Assembly: GCA_001785865.1 (NCBI GenBank)
Contig: MFUZ01000003.1
Location: 15,048-79,047 of the forward strand
Origin: Candidatus Nomurabacteria bacterium RIFCSPLOWO2_01_FULL_41_18
GTDB taxonomy: Bacteria > Patescibacteriota > Minisyncoccia > Phycocordibacterales > UBA9973
Direction of reading: 5' to 3'
DNA: 64,000 nucleotides
The translations under genes and the position numbers were made by a program. The notes below the pieces were generated by a model. The model was not told where the DNA came from. It was given only the letters and a program-made list of their open reading frames with translations, and did no database searches. This document shows, one piece after another, positions 1-8,119 of the stretch (positions are counted from its first letter, which is position 1; each line of letters begins with the position of its first letter).

Positions 1-199
1 TTTTGGTGTGCCTTTTGGGTTCATTTCATATTTATTTCTACATTACGAACTCAGTGTCATATCTTTTTTCTCACATTTACCTTTTGCATCGTTTTCTATC
101 CCAAATTTCCCGCTTTGGATTACAATTTTAATTTACGTCTATTTTTTATATAAACTTTTTGGCAGAGATATAAAAAGTTTTTTTATCGAATCTGAATAA
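1..199 (+). CDS. comEC: 3' end of ComEC/Rec2-type competence membrane protein (5'-truncated by window edge)
   Basis: Hydrophobic C-terminal segment (ELSVISFFSHLPFASFSIPNFPLWITILIY) typical of ComEC C-termini; a separate ComEC MBL-domain gene lies nearby at 985. Confidence 0.6.
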   Translation, partial: FGVPFGFISYLFLHYELSVISFFSHLPFASFSIPNFPLWITILIYVYFLYKLFGRDIKSFFIESE

Positions 200-216
200 A
201 ACTTGTCGCAGGCGTA

Positions 217-295
217 TTTTTTAGAAAGCCTTGCGCAGTTGGGTAGACGAGCAGTTCGCTCGCAAAGCTTTGCGAGATAGATTGCTTTATAAAAA
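217..295 (-). repeat. Dispersed ~79-nt structured element, copy 1
   Basis: Reverse complement aligns with 33572-33650 (TTTTTATAA.GCAATCTAT-hairpin-CGAACTGCTCG...TGCGCAAGGC.TTCTAAAAA); hairpin CTCGCAA-AGCT-TTGCGAG at 259-276. Confidence 0.85.
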
Positions 296-313
296 GTATG
301 CCAAGAAAGAGTT

Positions 314-907
314 TTATTTCGCCTTTTTGAAATTTTCTTCTATTATTTTCCAGTTTAGATTTTCAAAAAATACTTCTACGTACTTCTTTTTTTCTGAAGT
401 CGGGTAATCATAAACAAAAGCATGTTCCCACATATCAATTCCCAAAATTAGAGTACAATCTTGAAGCTGTCCCAAATGCTGTTCATCCACCCAAGTAGAG
501 AGGAGTCGCCCTTCTTTTCTATCATAGTAAAGCATTGCCCAGCCTATACCACGAGTCAAAGCTATAGCCTTAAAACGGTTAAGCCATAAATCAAAAGAAC
601 CCCATTCAGCAATAATTGCCTTTTTTAATTCACTACCGTCAACCTGAGGCTGAGCTCCTCCAGAAAGAGAATTGAAATAAATCTCATGATTTCGCATGCC
701 ATTATATTCAAAACCAAACCTTCTCTGAACTTCTCCTAGCGCGTATGCGTTTTTTTCAGCATCTTTTGAAAGTTCGTCAATTTTTTCTAGTATTAAATTA
801 GAGTGTTTTACATAGCCCGCATAAAGTTTCAAATGTTCCTCAATATTTTTTGCTGATATTCCTTTTAATGTTCCTATATTAAATTTTAATTCTTCAAATT
901 TTTTCAT
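314..907 (-). CDS. sod: Fe/Mn superoxide dismutase
   Basis: EHLKLYAGYV, NHEIYF, GIGWA and DMWEHAF (DxWEHA) motifs. Confidence 0.92.
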   Translation of the reverse strand: MKKFEELKFNIGTLKGISAKNIEEHLKLYAGYVKHSNLILEKIDELSKDAEKNAYALGEVQRRFGFEYNGMRNHEIYFNSLSGGAQPQVDGSELKKAIIAEWGSFDLWLNRFKAIALTRGIGWAMLYYDRKEGRLLSTWVDEQHLGQLQDCTLILGIDMWEHAFVYDYPTSEKKKYVEVFFENLNWKIIEENFKKAK

Positions 908-920
908 ATATATTTATTAG

Positions 921-955
921 TCGTTCAGACTCTGAGAGTCTTCAGACTCGAATGA
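921..955. repeat. Small REP-like palindromic element
   Basis: TCGTTC-AGACTC-TGA-GAGTCT-TC-AGACTC-GAATGA: outer stem plus two mutually exclusive inner hairpins. Confidence 0.55.
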
Positions 956-984
956 GTTACTTGTTAATGTGTTAACATTATAAC

Positions 985-1866
985 ATGTTTCAACAATATA
1001 AAACATCTGGCAAAAAGTATGGACTGCTGATTTTCACCTCTCTTCTTTTGCTGGCGACTACTTTTCTTTTCTATCAAGATTTTCACAATTCTGGAAATAA
1101 GCTTACTTTTGCAATGTTAGATGTAGGTCAGGGTGACGCTCTTTTCATAGAGTCGCCGACCGGAACACAAATATTAATTGATGTAGGTCCGCCCAGAAAG
1201 ATACTAAGTCAGCTTTCTCGGGTTATGTCTCCCTTCGATCGCACAATCGATGGCATTATTATTACTAATCCCGACACAGACCACATTGGCGGTTTTCTGG
1301 ATGTTTTGAAGATATATAAGGTAGACCAAGTTTTTGAGCCGGGTACTTTGAATGACTCCAAAACATTTCAAAATGTTAAAACAGAGATAAAAAATAAAAA
1401 GATTTCTAACATTTTAGCAAAGAAGGGGATGCGGTTAGACATAGGCGGAGGGGCAGTGATTGATATCTTGTTTCCTGATAGAGATGTTTTCGATTGGTCT
1501 ACAAATGATGGGTCTATCATCGCGAGGCTTACTTATGGCGAAACTTCTATAATGTTGACTGGTGATTCTACAAGCGTAACAGAGAAAATAGTTCTTGAAG
1601 GAAATTCTGAGACTACACTGGATAGCACTATTTTGAAAGTTGGACATCATGGGTCACGTACTTCCACCTCAGAAGCTTTTGTAAAAGCTGTTTCTCCAGA
1701 ATATGCAGTTATTTCAAATGGTAAGGACAATAATTATGGTCATCCACATCCGGATACCCTAGATACCCTGACTTCTTTTGGCGCAAAAATCTTTAGAACA
1801 GACTTACTGGGTACCATAATCATGAAGTCTGATGGCAAAAATGAAGAGTTTTCATTTCGTAAGTAA
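985..1866 (+). CDS. ComEC-family metallo-beta-lactamase-fold nuclease (stand-alone MBL domain, N-terminal TM)
   Basis: LDVGQGDA, TNPDTDHIGG, LTGD, KVGHHGS and YGHPH motifs. Confidence 0.9.
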   Translation: MFQQYKTSGKKYGLLIFTSLLLLATTFLFYQDFHNSGNKLTFAMLDVGQGDALFIESPTGTQILIDVGPPRKILSQLSRVMSPFDRTIDGIIITNPDTDHIGGFLDVLKIYKVDQVFEPGTLNDSKTFQNVKTEIKNKKISNILAKKGMRLDIGGGAVIDILFPDRDVFDWSTNDGSIIARLTYGETSIMLTGDSTSVTEKIVLEGNSETTLDSTILKVGHHGSRTSTSEAFVKAVSPEYAVISNGKDNNYGHPHPDTLDTLTSFGAKIFRTDLLGTIIMKSDGKNEEFSFRK

Positions 1867-1883
1867 TTTGTTATATTATAAAC

Positions 1884-3128
1884 ATGCGAGATAAACTAGT
1901 AGAAAAATTGATAAAAGGGGAGGAAAAAAGGCAGAAAGAAGGTTTAGAATTAATTCCTTCTGAGAATTACGTCTCTGAAGATGTTTTGAGGGCGAATGGG
2001 TCGGTTTTTACTAACAAATATTCGGAAGGTTATCCTGGCAAGCGTTATTATGGAGGGCAAGAATTTACCGATAAAGTGGAAAGTCTGGCTATTGAGCGTG
2101 TTTGTAAACTTTTTAATTGTAAATTTGCAAATGTGCAACCACATTCTGGCGCTCCAGCAAACTTGGCTGTTTATGCTGCATTACTTCAACCAGGGGACAC
2201 AGTCTTGGGGATGGATTTATCTCATGGAGGGCATCTGACTCATGGTCATCCGATGACTCTTCCTGCAAAGATTTATAAATTTGTCACATACAAAATGAAG
2301 AATCCGGAAACGGGAGAAATAGATTATGAAGACATGAGGAGAGTGGCTATAGCCAACAAACCCAAACTAATTATCGCTGGTTTTTCTGCTTATCCTCGTA
2401 CACTAGACTACAAAAAATTCGTAGAAATTGCTCGCGAAGTAGGGGCTATCACTATGGCAGACATGGCTCATATTGCTGGACTTATCGCAGGAGGGGTACT
2501 TCGCAATCCGTTTGATGATGGTTTTGACATTATCACCTCTACGACTCACAAAACACTCCGCGGTCCACGGGGAGGAATAATTTTAACTCGTGAAAGTGAA
2601 GAAATTGCTACAAAAATAAATAAATCTATTTTCCCTGGGATTCAAGGTGGTCCGCATATGCATATAATTGCTGCGAAAGCCGTTGCTTTCGGTGAAGCAA
2701 TGACTCCAAAATTCAAAAAATATGCGGGACAAGTTTTGAAAAATGCCAAAGCAATGGCAGAAGTTTTGCGAAAAAATAAAGTTAGAATGATAGGTGGTGG
2801 GACTGACAATCACCTCATTCTCGCTGACGTTTTTGGCTCTTTGAGGGTGACAGGTAAAGAAGCACAAACGGTTCTAGATGAAGTAGGTATTACATTAAAT
2901 ATGAATGCTATTGCAGGGGACACCAGAAAGCCAATGGATCCATCTGGAATTAGATTTGGAACCCCAGCTATTACAACTCGTGGTTTCAAGGAAAAAGATT
3001 GTGCAAAAGTTGCTGAGCTGATGATTAAAGTTTTAAAAAATAAAGACGATAAAAAATTAAAAGAATCAGTGCATAGAGAAATTAAAGCTCTTGCCAAAAA
3101 ATTCCCTATACCAAAGAAGTTTGTATAG
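1884..3128 (+). CDS. glyA: Serine hydroxymethyltransferase
   Basis: LIPSENY, NKYSEGYPGKRYYGG, GGHLTHG, TTHKTLRGPRGG. Confidence 0.98.
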   Translation: MRDKLVEKLIKGEEKRQKEGLELIPSENYVSEDVLRANGSVFTNKYSEGYPGKRYYGGQEFTDKVESLAIERVCKLFNCKFANVQPHSGAPANLAVYAALLQPGDTVLGMDLSHGGHLTHGHPMTLPAKIYKFVTYKMKNPETGEIDYEDMRRVAIANKPKLIIAGFSAYPRTLDYKKFVEIAREVGAITMADMAHIAGLIAGGVLRNPFDDGFDIITSTTHKTLRGPRGGIILTRESEEIATKINKSIFPGIQGGPHMHIIAAKAVAFGEAMTPKFKKYAGQVLKNAKAMAEVLRKNKVRMIGGGTDNHLILADVFGSLRVTGKEAQTVLDEVGITLNMNAIAGDTRKPMDPSGIRFGTPAITTRGFKEKDCAKVAELMIKVLKNKDDKKLKESVHREIKALAKKFPIPKKFV

Positions 3129-3135
3129 AAAATTT

Positions 3136-3867
3136 ATGGATTTAAAAGATAAAAACATTTTAATAACAGGTTCATCTTCAGGAATTGGGGCGGCTACTGC
3201 TCGTTTAGCCAAAGAATATGGGGCAAAACCAATTTTGCATGGAAAGACAGAAAGCGAAGAATTAAAAAAACTAGCAAAAGAATTAGAATGCGAATATATT
3301 TTTTGTGATGTTGCTGACAAGATGGCCGTTGATTCTGAAGTAAAGAGAATCCTTAAAAAAGTTGAAAAAATAGATATTTTAGTAAATTCAGCTGGTATTG
3401 CAACTAGGCAAAAGTTTTTGGAATCAACAGAGGAAACATGGTTGGATATTTTTAAGATTAATGTTCTCGGTACCACTCATTTTTGTCAGGCAGTGATTCC
3501 ACAAATGCAAAAAAATAAATATGGCAGAATTGTTAATATTGCTTCCATAAGAGCTTTTGGTTCTACGTCTGGTCGCCCCGCTTATTCTGCCTCTAAAGCA
3601 GCTGTGATGAACTTAACATCAGTATTAGCAAAGGAATTTGCGCCAGATATTCTCGTAAATGCTGTTGCGCCTGGATTTATAGAAACCCCGATGTCTAAAG
3701 TTTGGGATGAGGAAATATGGAAAAAGATAAAAACTGCACTCTTGGGAAGAGTTGGCCAGCCGAAAGAAATTGCAGAAGCGATTTTGTTTTTAGCGAGTGA
3801 TAAAGCTAGTTTTATCACTGGGCAGACGATCATTGTTGATGGTGGGTATTCAATTTCAGGTAAATAA
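3136..3867 (+). CDS. Short-chain dehydrogenase/reductase (FabG-like)
   Basis: TGSSSGIG, NSAG, YSASK motifs; start moved to ATG 3136. Confidence 0.9.
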   Translation: MDLKDKNILITGSSSGIGAATARLAKEYGAKPILHGKTESEELKKLAKELECEYIFCDVADKMAVDSEVKRILKKVEKIDILVNSAGIATRQKFLESTEETWLDIFKINVLGTTHFCQAVIPQMQKNKYGRIVNIASIRAFGSTSGRPAYSASKAAVMNLTSVLAKEFAPDILVNAVAPGFIETPMSKVWDEEIWKKIKTALLGRVGQPKEIAEAILFLASDKASFITGQTIIVDGGYSISGK

Positions 3868-3868
3868 T

Positions 3869-4570
3869 ATGGCAAAAAAGGGCAAACTCATAGTAATAGA
3901 CGGTACGGATAGTAGTGGAAAGGCGACTCAAACGGAACTTTTAATTAAACATTTAAGAAAAGATGGGCGCAAAGTGAAAATTGTTGATTTTCCAGATTAT
4001 TATTCAAATTTCTTCGGTAAATTTATCGGGCACTGTCTTTCGGAGCAATATTACAATTTCGTGAAAGTGCATCCAAAGATCGCTTCAGTGCTTTACGCTG
4101 CGGACCGCTTTGAATCAAGAGATAAAATTAAAAAATGGATTGCCGAGGGTAATATAGTCATTGCAAACAGGTATGCTAGTGCGAACCAAATCCATCAAGG
4201 CGGAAAAATTGCCAATACAAAAAAAAGAGAAAGTTTCTTGAAATGGCTGGCAGAGATGGAATACGAAGTTTTCAAAATTCCAAAGCCAGATGCTATATTT
4301 TATTTGAGCGTGCCTATTCCTGTTGTTTTGAAATTAATTCGCCAAAGAGATCAGGAGAAAAAAAATAAAAACAGAAGATATCTTGGTAAGAAGAAAGATG
4401 TTCATGAGAAAGATGTAAATTTTTTGATAAATTCTCGCAAAACTGCCCTTTGGCTCGCAAAAACTCAAAAGGGATGGGTAAAAATTGAATGTGTAAAAGG
4501 TGGAGTACTAGATACTCGTGAAAATATACATAAAGAAATTTATGCGAAAATTAAAAAAGTTTTAAAATAA
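3869..4570 (+). CDS. tmk: Thymidylate kinase
   Basis: IDGTDSSGKATQ P-loop, LYAADR, NRY, PD motifs; start at ATG 3869. Confidence 0.88.
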   Translation: MAKKGKLIVIDGTDSSGKATQTELLIKHLRKDGRKVKIVDFPDYYSNFFGKFIGHCLSEQYYNFVKVHPKIASVLYAADRFESRDKIKKWIAEGNIVIANRYASANQIHQGGKIANTKKRESFLKWLAEMEYEVFKIPKPDAIFYLSVPIPVVLKLIRQRDQEKKNKNRRYLGKKKDVHEKDVNFLINSRKTALWLAKTQKGWVKIECVKGGVLDTRENIHKEIYAKIKKVLK

Positions 4571-4571
4571 A

Positions 4572-5084
4572 ATGAGAATTCAAATTGTAAATGAAAAAGA
4601 TGAAGTAATTAGTTGCAAGGAACGAGAGAAAACGGTACATGAAGATATACGTCGTATTACTGCCGTTTGGGTTTTTAATAAAAAAAAAGAATTTCTAATA
4701 GCTAAAAGACAATCAACAAAAGTTCTTAGTCCAAATAAATGGGGTCCTTCGGTTTCAGGCACACTAGAGGAAGGAGAAACTTATGAATCAAACGCGATTA
4801 AAGAGACTGAAGAAGAAATAGGACTAAAAAAGGTGTTTTTAGAACCTTTTAGAAAGATTTTCTATGAAAACATTAATGGGAGAAGATTTTGTTATATATT
4901 CACAACTTTGATAGATAAAGAAGTAAATGAATTTATTTTACAAGAAGATGAAGTTTCCGAAGTTAAATGGATTAGTTTAGAAGAGTTATCCAATTGGTAT
5001 CAAAGTTCTCCTGGTGATTTTATCCCTTCGCTTATCGAAACAATTAATCTTATTAAAGAATATCAAAATGCAAATAAAAGTTAA
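4572..5084 (+). CDS. NUDIX hydrolase (IPP isomerase type 1-like)
   Basis: Nudix box GTLEEGETYESNAIKETEEEIG; QEDEVSEVKW. Confidence 0.85.
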   Translation: MRIQIVNEKDEVISCKEREKTVHEDIRRITAVWVFNKKKEFLIAKRQSTKVLSPNKWGPSVSGTLEEGETYESNAIKETEEEIGLKKVFLEPFRKIFYENINGRRFCYIFTTLIDKEVNEFILQEDEVSEVKWISLEELSNWYQSSPGDFIPSLIETINLIKEYQNANKS

Positions 5085-5490
5085 AAAACTTAAGGAGAAT
5101 GCAAAGTTGCCTACATATCATCATCCGGGGGATGTGGGGATGGATTTGTATTCTATGGAGACGGTGACTATGAAGCCGGGGGAGCATTATCGTTTCTGGC
5201 ATGGGTTTGCGTTGGAATTTCCCGAAGGCTATGGGGCGATAATTATGGATAAAGGAAGTATCTCAAAGGCGGGGTTTGTGCATATGGGTGGGGTGTTTGA
5301 TGCGGGTTATAGGGGTGAATACAACACTCTTTTAGTGAATTTGTCTGATAAGAGTTATACTTTTGAGGAAGGAGACAAAGTTGCCCAGCTCGTGATTGTG
5401 CCTGTGGTTATTGCAAAGTTGAGAGAAGTCGATAAATTAAAAGATTCCGCTCGCGGCGAAGGAAAGTTTGGAAGTACAGGAAAGAAATAA
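5068..5490 (+). CDS. dut: dUTP diphosphatase
   Basis: GMDL, GVFDAGYRGE, KVAQLV, RGEGKFGSTG. Confidence 0.95.
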   Translation: MQIKVKKLKENAKLPTYHHPGDVGMDLYSMETVTMKPGEHYRFWHGFALEFPEGYGAIIMDKGSISKAGFVHMGGVFDAGYRGEYNTLLVNLSDKSYTFEEGDKVAQLVIVPVVIAKLREVDKLKDSARGEGKFGSTGKK

Positions 5491-5491
5491 A

Positions 5492-7156
5492 ATGGAGCAA
5501 AAAATTAAAAATTGGATAAAAGAAATTTTAAAGATCGAAGGGGATTTTGTTTTAGTGCATCCAAAAGATATAAAAAATGGCGACTATACTTTCATTTCAT
5601 CTTTAGAAAAACCAGCAGAAGATTTAGAAAAATTAAAAAAAAATAAATTGGTAGAAATAGAAAAGATAGAAATGGTAGGTAGATTTATAAATTTATATTT
5701 GTCACGAAAGTTTTTTGCTTCGAGTGTGGAAGAAATTTTAAATCAGGGAGGAAATGTTGGTAAAAATGACTTCTTTACCGGAAAGAAAATAATGATTGAA
5801 TATACCGACCCGAACCCTTTCAAACCTTTTCACATTGGGCATTTGATGAGTAATGCTATAGGTGAATCTATTTCGCGACTTATGGAATTCTCTGGCGCAG
5901 AGACATCACGAGCAAATTACCAGGGCGACTTGGGGCTTCATGTAGCTAAAGCCATATATGGTCTTTTGCAAAATGAGAAATTGCAAGCAAAAATTGGTTC
6001 TCATAATCTGCAAGCAGAAAACATAGGGCGGGCTTATGCCTTCGGTGCTGAAGCATATGAAATCGACAAAAAAGCTAAAAAAGAAATTGATAAAATAAAT
6101 AAAAAACTTTACGACAAAAAAGATAAAAAAATAATTGAGATTTATGATTGGGGTTTCAAGGTGACGATGGATGCCTTCCAAGATTTGTACGAAACTCTTG
6201 GCACAGAATTTGATTTTTATTTCTTGGAGAGTCAGATGGCACCGATTGGAGAACAAATTGTTCGTGCAAATACTGGTAAAATTTTTGAAAAATCTGATAA
6301 CGCCATAGTATTTAAGGCTGAAAAGTATGACCCGAAGCTTCATACCAGAGTTTTCATTACCAGTGAGGGCTTACCTACTTATGAGACCAAAGAGCTTGGC
6401 TTGGCTGAAGAGAAGTTTAAAACAGAACCAAACTTGGATTTGTCCGTTGTTGTCACTGCAAGTGAACAAATGGATTATATGCGTGTTGTTGCCAAAGCCA
6501 TTTCTTTGATAAATCCAGAACATGAGAAAAAAATGAAACACATTACGCATGGCATGATGCGTCTTTCAAGTGGCAAGATGAGTTCTAGGAAGGGGAATGT
6601 TGTTACAGGTGAATCACTTCTGAATGATGTTCGCGATGCAATTTTAGAAAAAATGACGGATAGAGAATTCTCAAATGAAGAAAGAGAGCAAGTGGCTTCT
6701 AGTGTTGCTGTGTCTGCCATAAAATATTCAATATTAAAACAAGGGATTGGTGGAGATATTATTTATGATTTTGAAAATTCTATTTCTTTTGAAGGGGATT
6801 CTGGTCCATATCTGCAATATTCTTTTGCGCGTGCAAATTCAGTTCTAGAAAAAGCAAAGAAAGAAAATATTTTGCCCGACCCGCATGCTTTTCCTGCTGA
6901 AACCTTTGAAGTAGAAAAATTATTATACAAATTTCCCGAAATTGTTTTACGTTCTGCAAAAGAATACGAACCGCATTATATCGCGAATTATTTGATAGAA
7001 GTCGCCCGCGCGTTCAACAGTTTTTATGGCAATAATTTAATTATAGATAAAAAAAATAAAACTTCTTCCTACAAAGTAGCTCTCACTTTTGCTTTTACGT
7101 TTGTAATGAAAAGTGGTTTGCACCTCCTTGGCATCAAAGCTCCAGAGAAGATGTAG
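5492..7156 (+). CDS. argS: Arginine--tRNA ligase
   Basis: PNPFKPFHIGH, KMSSRKG, GDSGPYLQY, C-terminal PEKM. Confidence 0.97.
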   Translation: MEQKIKNWIKEILKIEGDFVLVHPKDIKNGDYTFISSLEKPAEDLEKLKKNKLVEIEKIEMVGRFINLYLSRKFFASSVEEILNQGGNVGKNDFFTGKKIMIEYTDPNPFKPFHIGHLMSNAIGESISRLMEFSGAETSRANYQGDLGLHVAKAIYGLLQNEKLQAKIGSHNLQAENIGRAYAFGAEAYEIDKKAKKEIDKINKKLYDKKDKKIIEIYDWGFKVTMDAFQDLYETLGTEFDFYFLESQMAPIGEQIVRANTGKIFEKSDNAIVFKAEKYDPKLHTRVFITSEGLPTYETKELGLAEEKFKTEPNLDLSVVVTASEQMDYMRVVAKAISLINPEHEKKMKHITHGMMRLSSGKMSSRKGNVVTGESLLNDVRDAILEKMTDREFSNEEREQVASSVAVSAIKYSILKQGIGGDIIYDFENSISFEGDSGPYLQYSFARANSVLEKAKKENILPDPHAFPAETFEVEKLLYKFPEIVLRSAKEYEPHYIANYLIEVARAFNSFYGNNLIIDKKNKTSSYKVALTFAFTFVMKSGLHLLGIKAPEKM

Positions 7157-7177
7157 TTACGTAATCGATTACGTAAT
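7154..7177. repeat. TTACGTAA palindrome family, copy A (inverted relative to copy D)
   Basis: Perfect 20-bp palindrome TTACGTAATCGATTACGTAA at 7157-7176; 22/24 match to the reverse complement of 11890-11913. Confidence 0.85.
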
Positions 7178-7834
7178 TTGCGAATCTAGATACAAATTTC
7201 CATCGTGTGCTAATTTAGAAACATAGCCAGTATAAGTTTGTGGGCTATTATCTTTTTGTAGTTGAGCGATCAAATCTTCCAAACGAAAGTCACTAATATC
7301 AAATTGTGCTTCTTCTAAAATTGACTGAATGTTTTGATCGAGACGAACATCGTTTGTTATTCTTTGAATCCTTAAAGTTTCTATACCTTCTTTTTGGTGG
7401 GTATATCCTCCTTTTTTCAAGAGTACATGATTTTTTTCTACGAATTCAAGAAAATATAAAACATCTTTTTCTAAAAATTCAAGCACAAAATGCATACCGA
7501 CAAAATCGTATTTCTTTTGTTTAAGTTTTTCTACTACTAAAGTAGATTTAAATCCGTTTTTCTTTAAAAGAGCCAGTGCGACAAGCGTCAGATCACTACA
7601 TGGGTTCATAAATCCGGTATCTCCGTCTGCGAGGATTTGTTCCGCATTTCTTTTTACAAATTTTTCAGCAATCTCTTCATTGCTCCATTGTTTTCTTTTA
7701 ACTCTCTCATTTATCCATAAAACCAGGCTATTTATTTTCTGCTCAAGATTGCCTTCAAACGTTTCCAGACTACTTTCATCAAAAGTGCTTGGTTTTGCCC
7801 TAGTTAGAGGAATATTTGGTCCTTTATTTTCCAT
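7169..7834 (-). CDS. Hypothetical protein, possible transglutaminase-like (Cys-His-acid) fold
   Basis: RNAEQIL..G....C.D..LVALALLKKNG...HFVLEF...Y.LE pattern resembles the transglutaminase core; stop codon lies inside palindrome copy A. Confidence 0.55.
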   Translation of the reverse strand: MENKGPNIPLTRAKPSTFDESSLETFEGNLEQKINSLVLWINERVKRKQWSNEEIAEKFVKRNAEQILADGDTGFMNPCSDLTLVALALLKKNGFKSTLVVEKLKQKKYDFVGMHFVLEFLEKDVLYFLEFVEKNHVLLKKGGYTHQKEGIETLRIQRITNDVRLDQNIQSILEEAQFDISDFRLEDLIAQLQKDNSPQTYTGYVSKLAHDGNLYLDSQIT

Positions 7835-7880
7835 GGGATTGTATAGATAATAATATCACAAAATCTGGTATAATATTTTT

Positions 7881-8060
7881 ATGCAAGAAGAAACAAAACA
7901 AAAGTTCGGAGAACATTATATTTGCCTTGGGGGCTGTAGGGGAGTTTCCAAAGTTCCCGGTGCCTGCAATTCGCCTAGTTGCGTAAATCACAATCACAAA
8001 CTCGTGAAGTGCAATTGTACAGATGGTTTGCATAACAATTTTGAACTCTTATTACAATAA
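7881..8060 (+). CDS. Small Cys/His-rich putative metal-binding protein (59 aa, not in ORF track)
   Basis: MQEETKQKFGEHYICLGGCRGVSKVPGACNSPSCVNHNHKLVKCNCTDGLHNNFELLLQ; extended -10 TGGTATAAT 6 nt upstream; stop codon inside palindrome copy B. Confidence 0.75.
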   Translation: MQEETKQKFGEHYICLGGCRGVSKVPGACNSPSCVNHNHKLVKCNCTDGLHNNFELLLQ

Positions 8061-8086
8061 GTACGTAATGTATTACATAATACATT
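8053..8086. repeat. TTACGTAA palindrome family, copy B
   Basis: TACAATAAGTACGTAATGTATTACATAATACATT, 33/34 identical to 11871-11904. Confidence 0.9.
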
Positions 8087-8119
8087 GTTTTTGCAAATAC
8101 GTAGTACAATGCTTGAGCC

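Noticed and set aside
7824-8033. 69-aa minus-strand ORF
   Set aside because: The plus-strand 59-aa Cys/His-rich ORF has a promoter and a patterned sequence and explains the region better.
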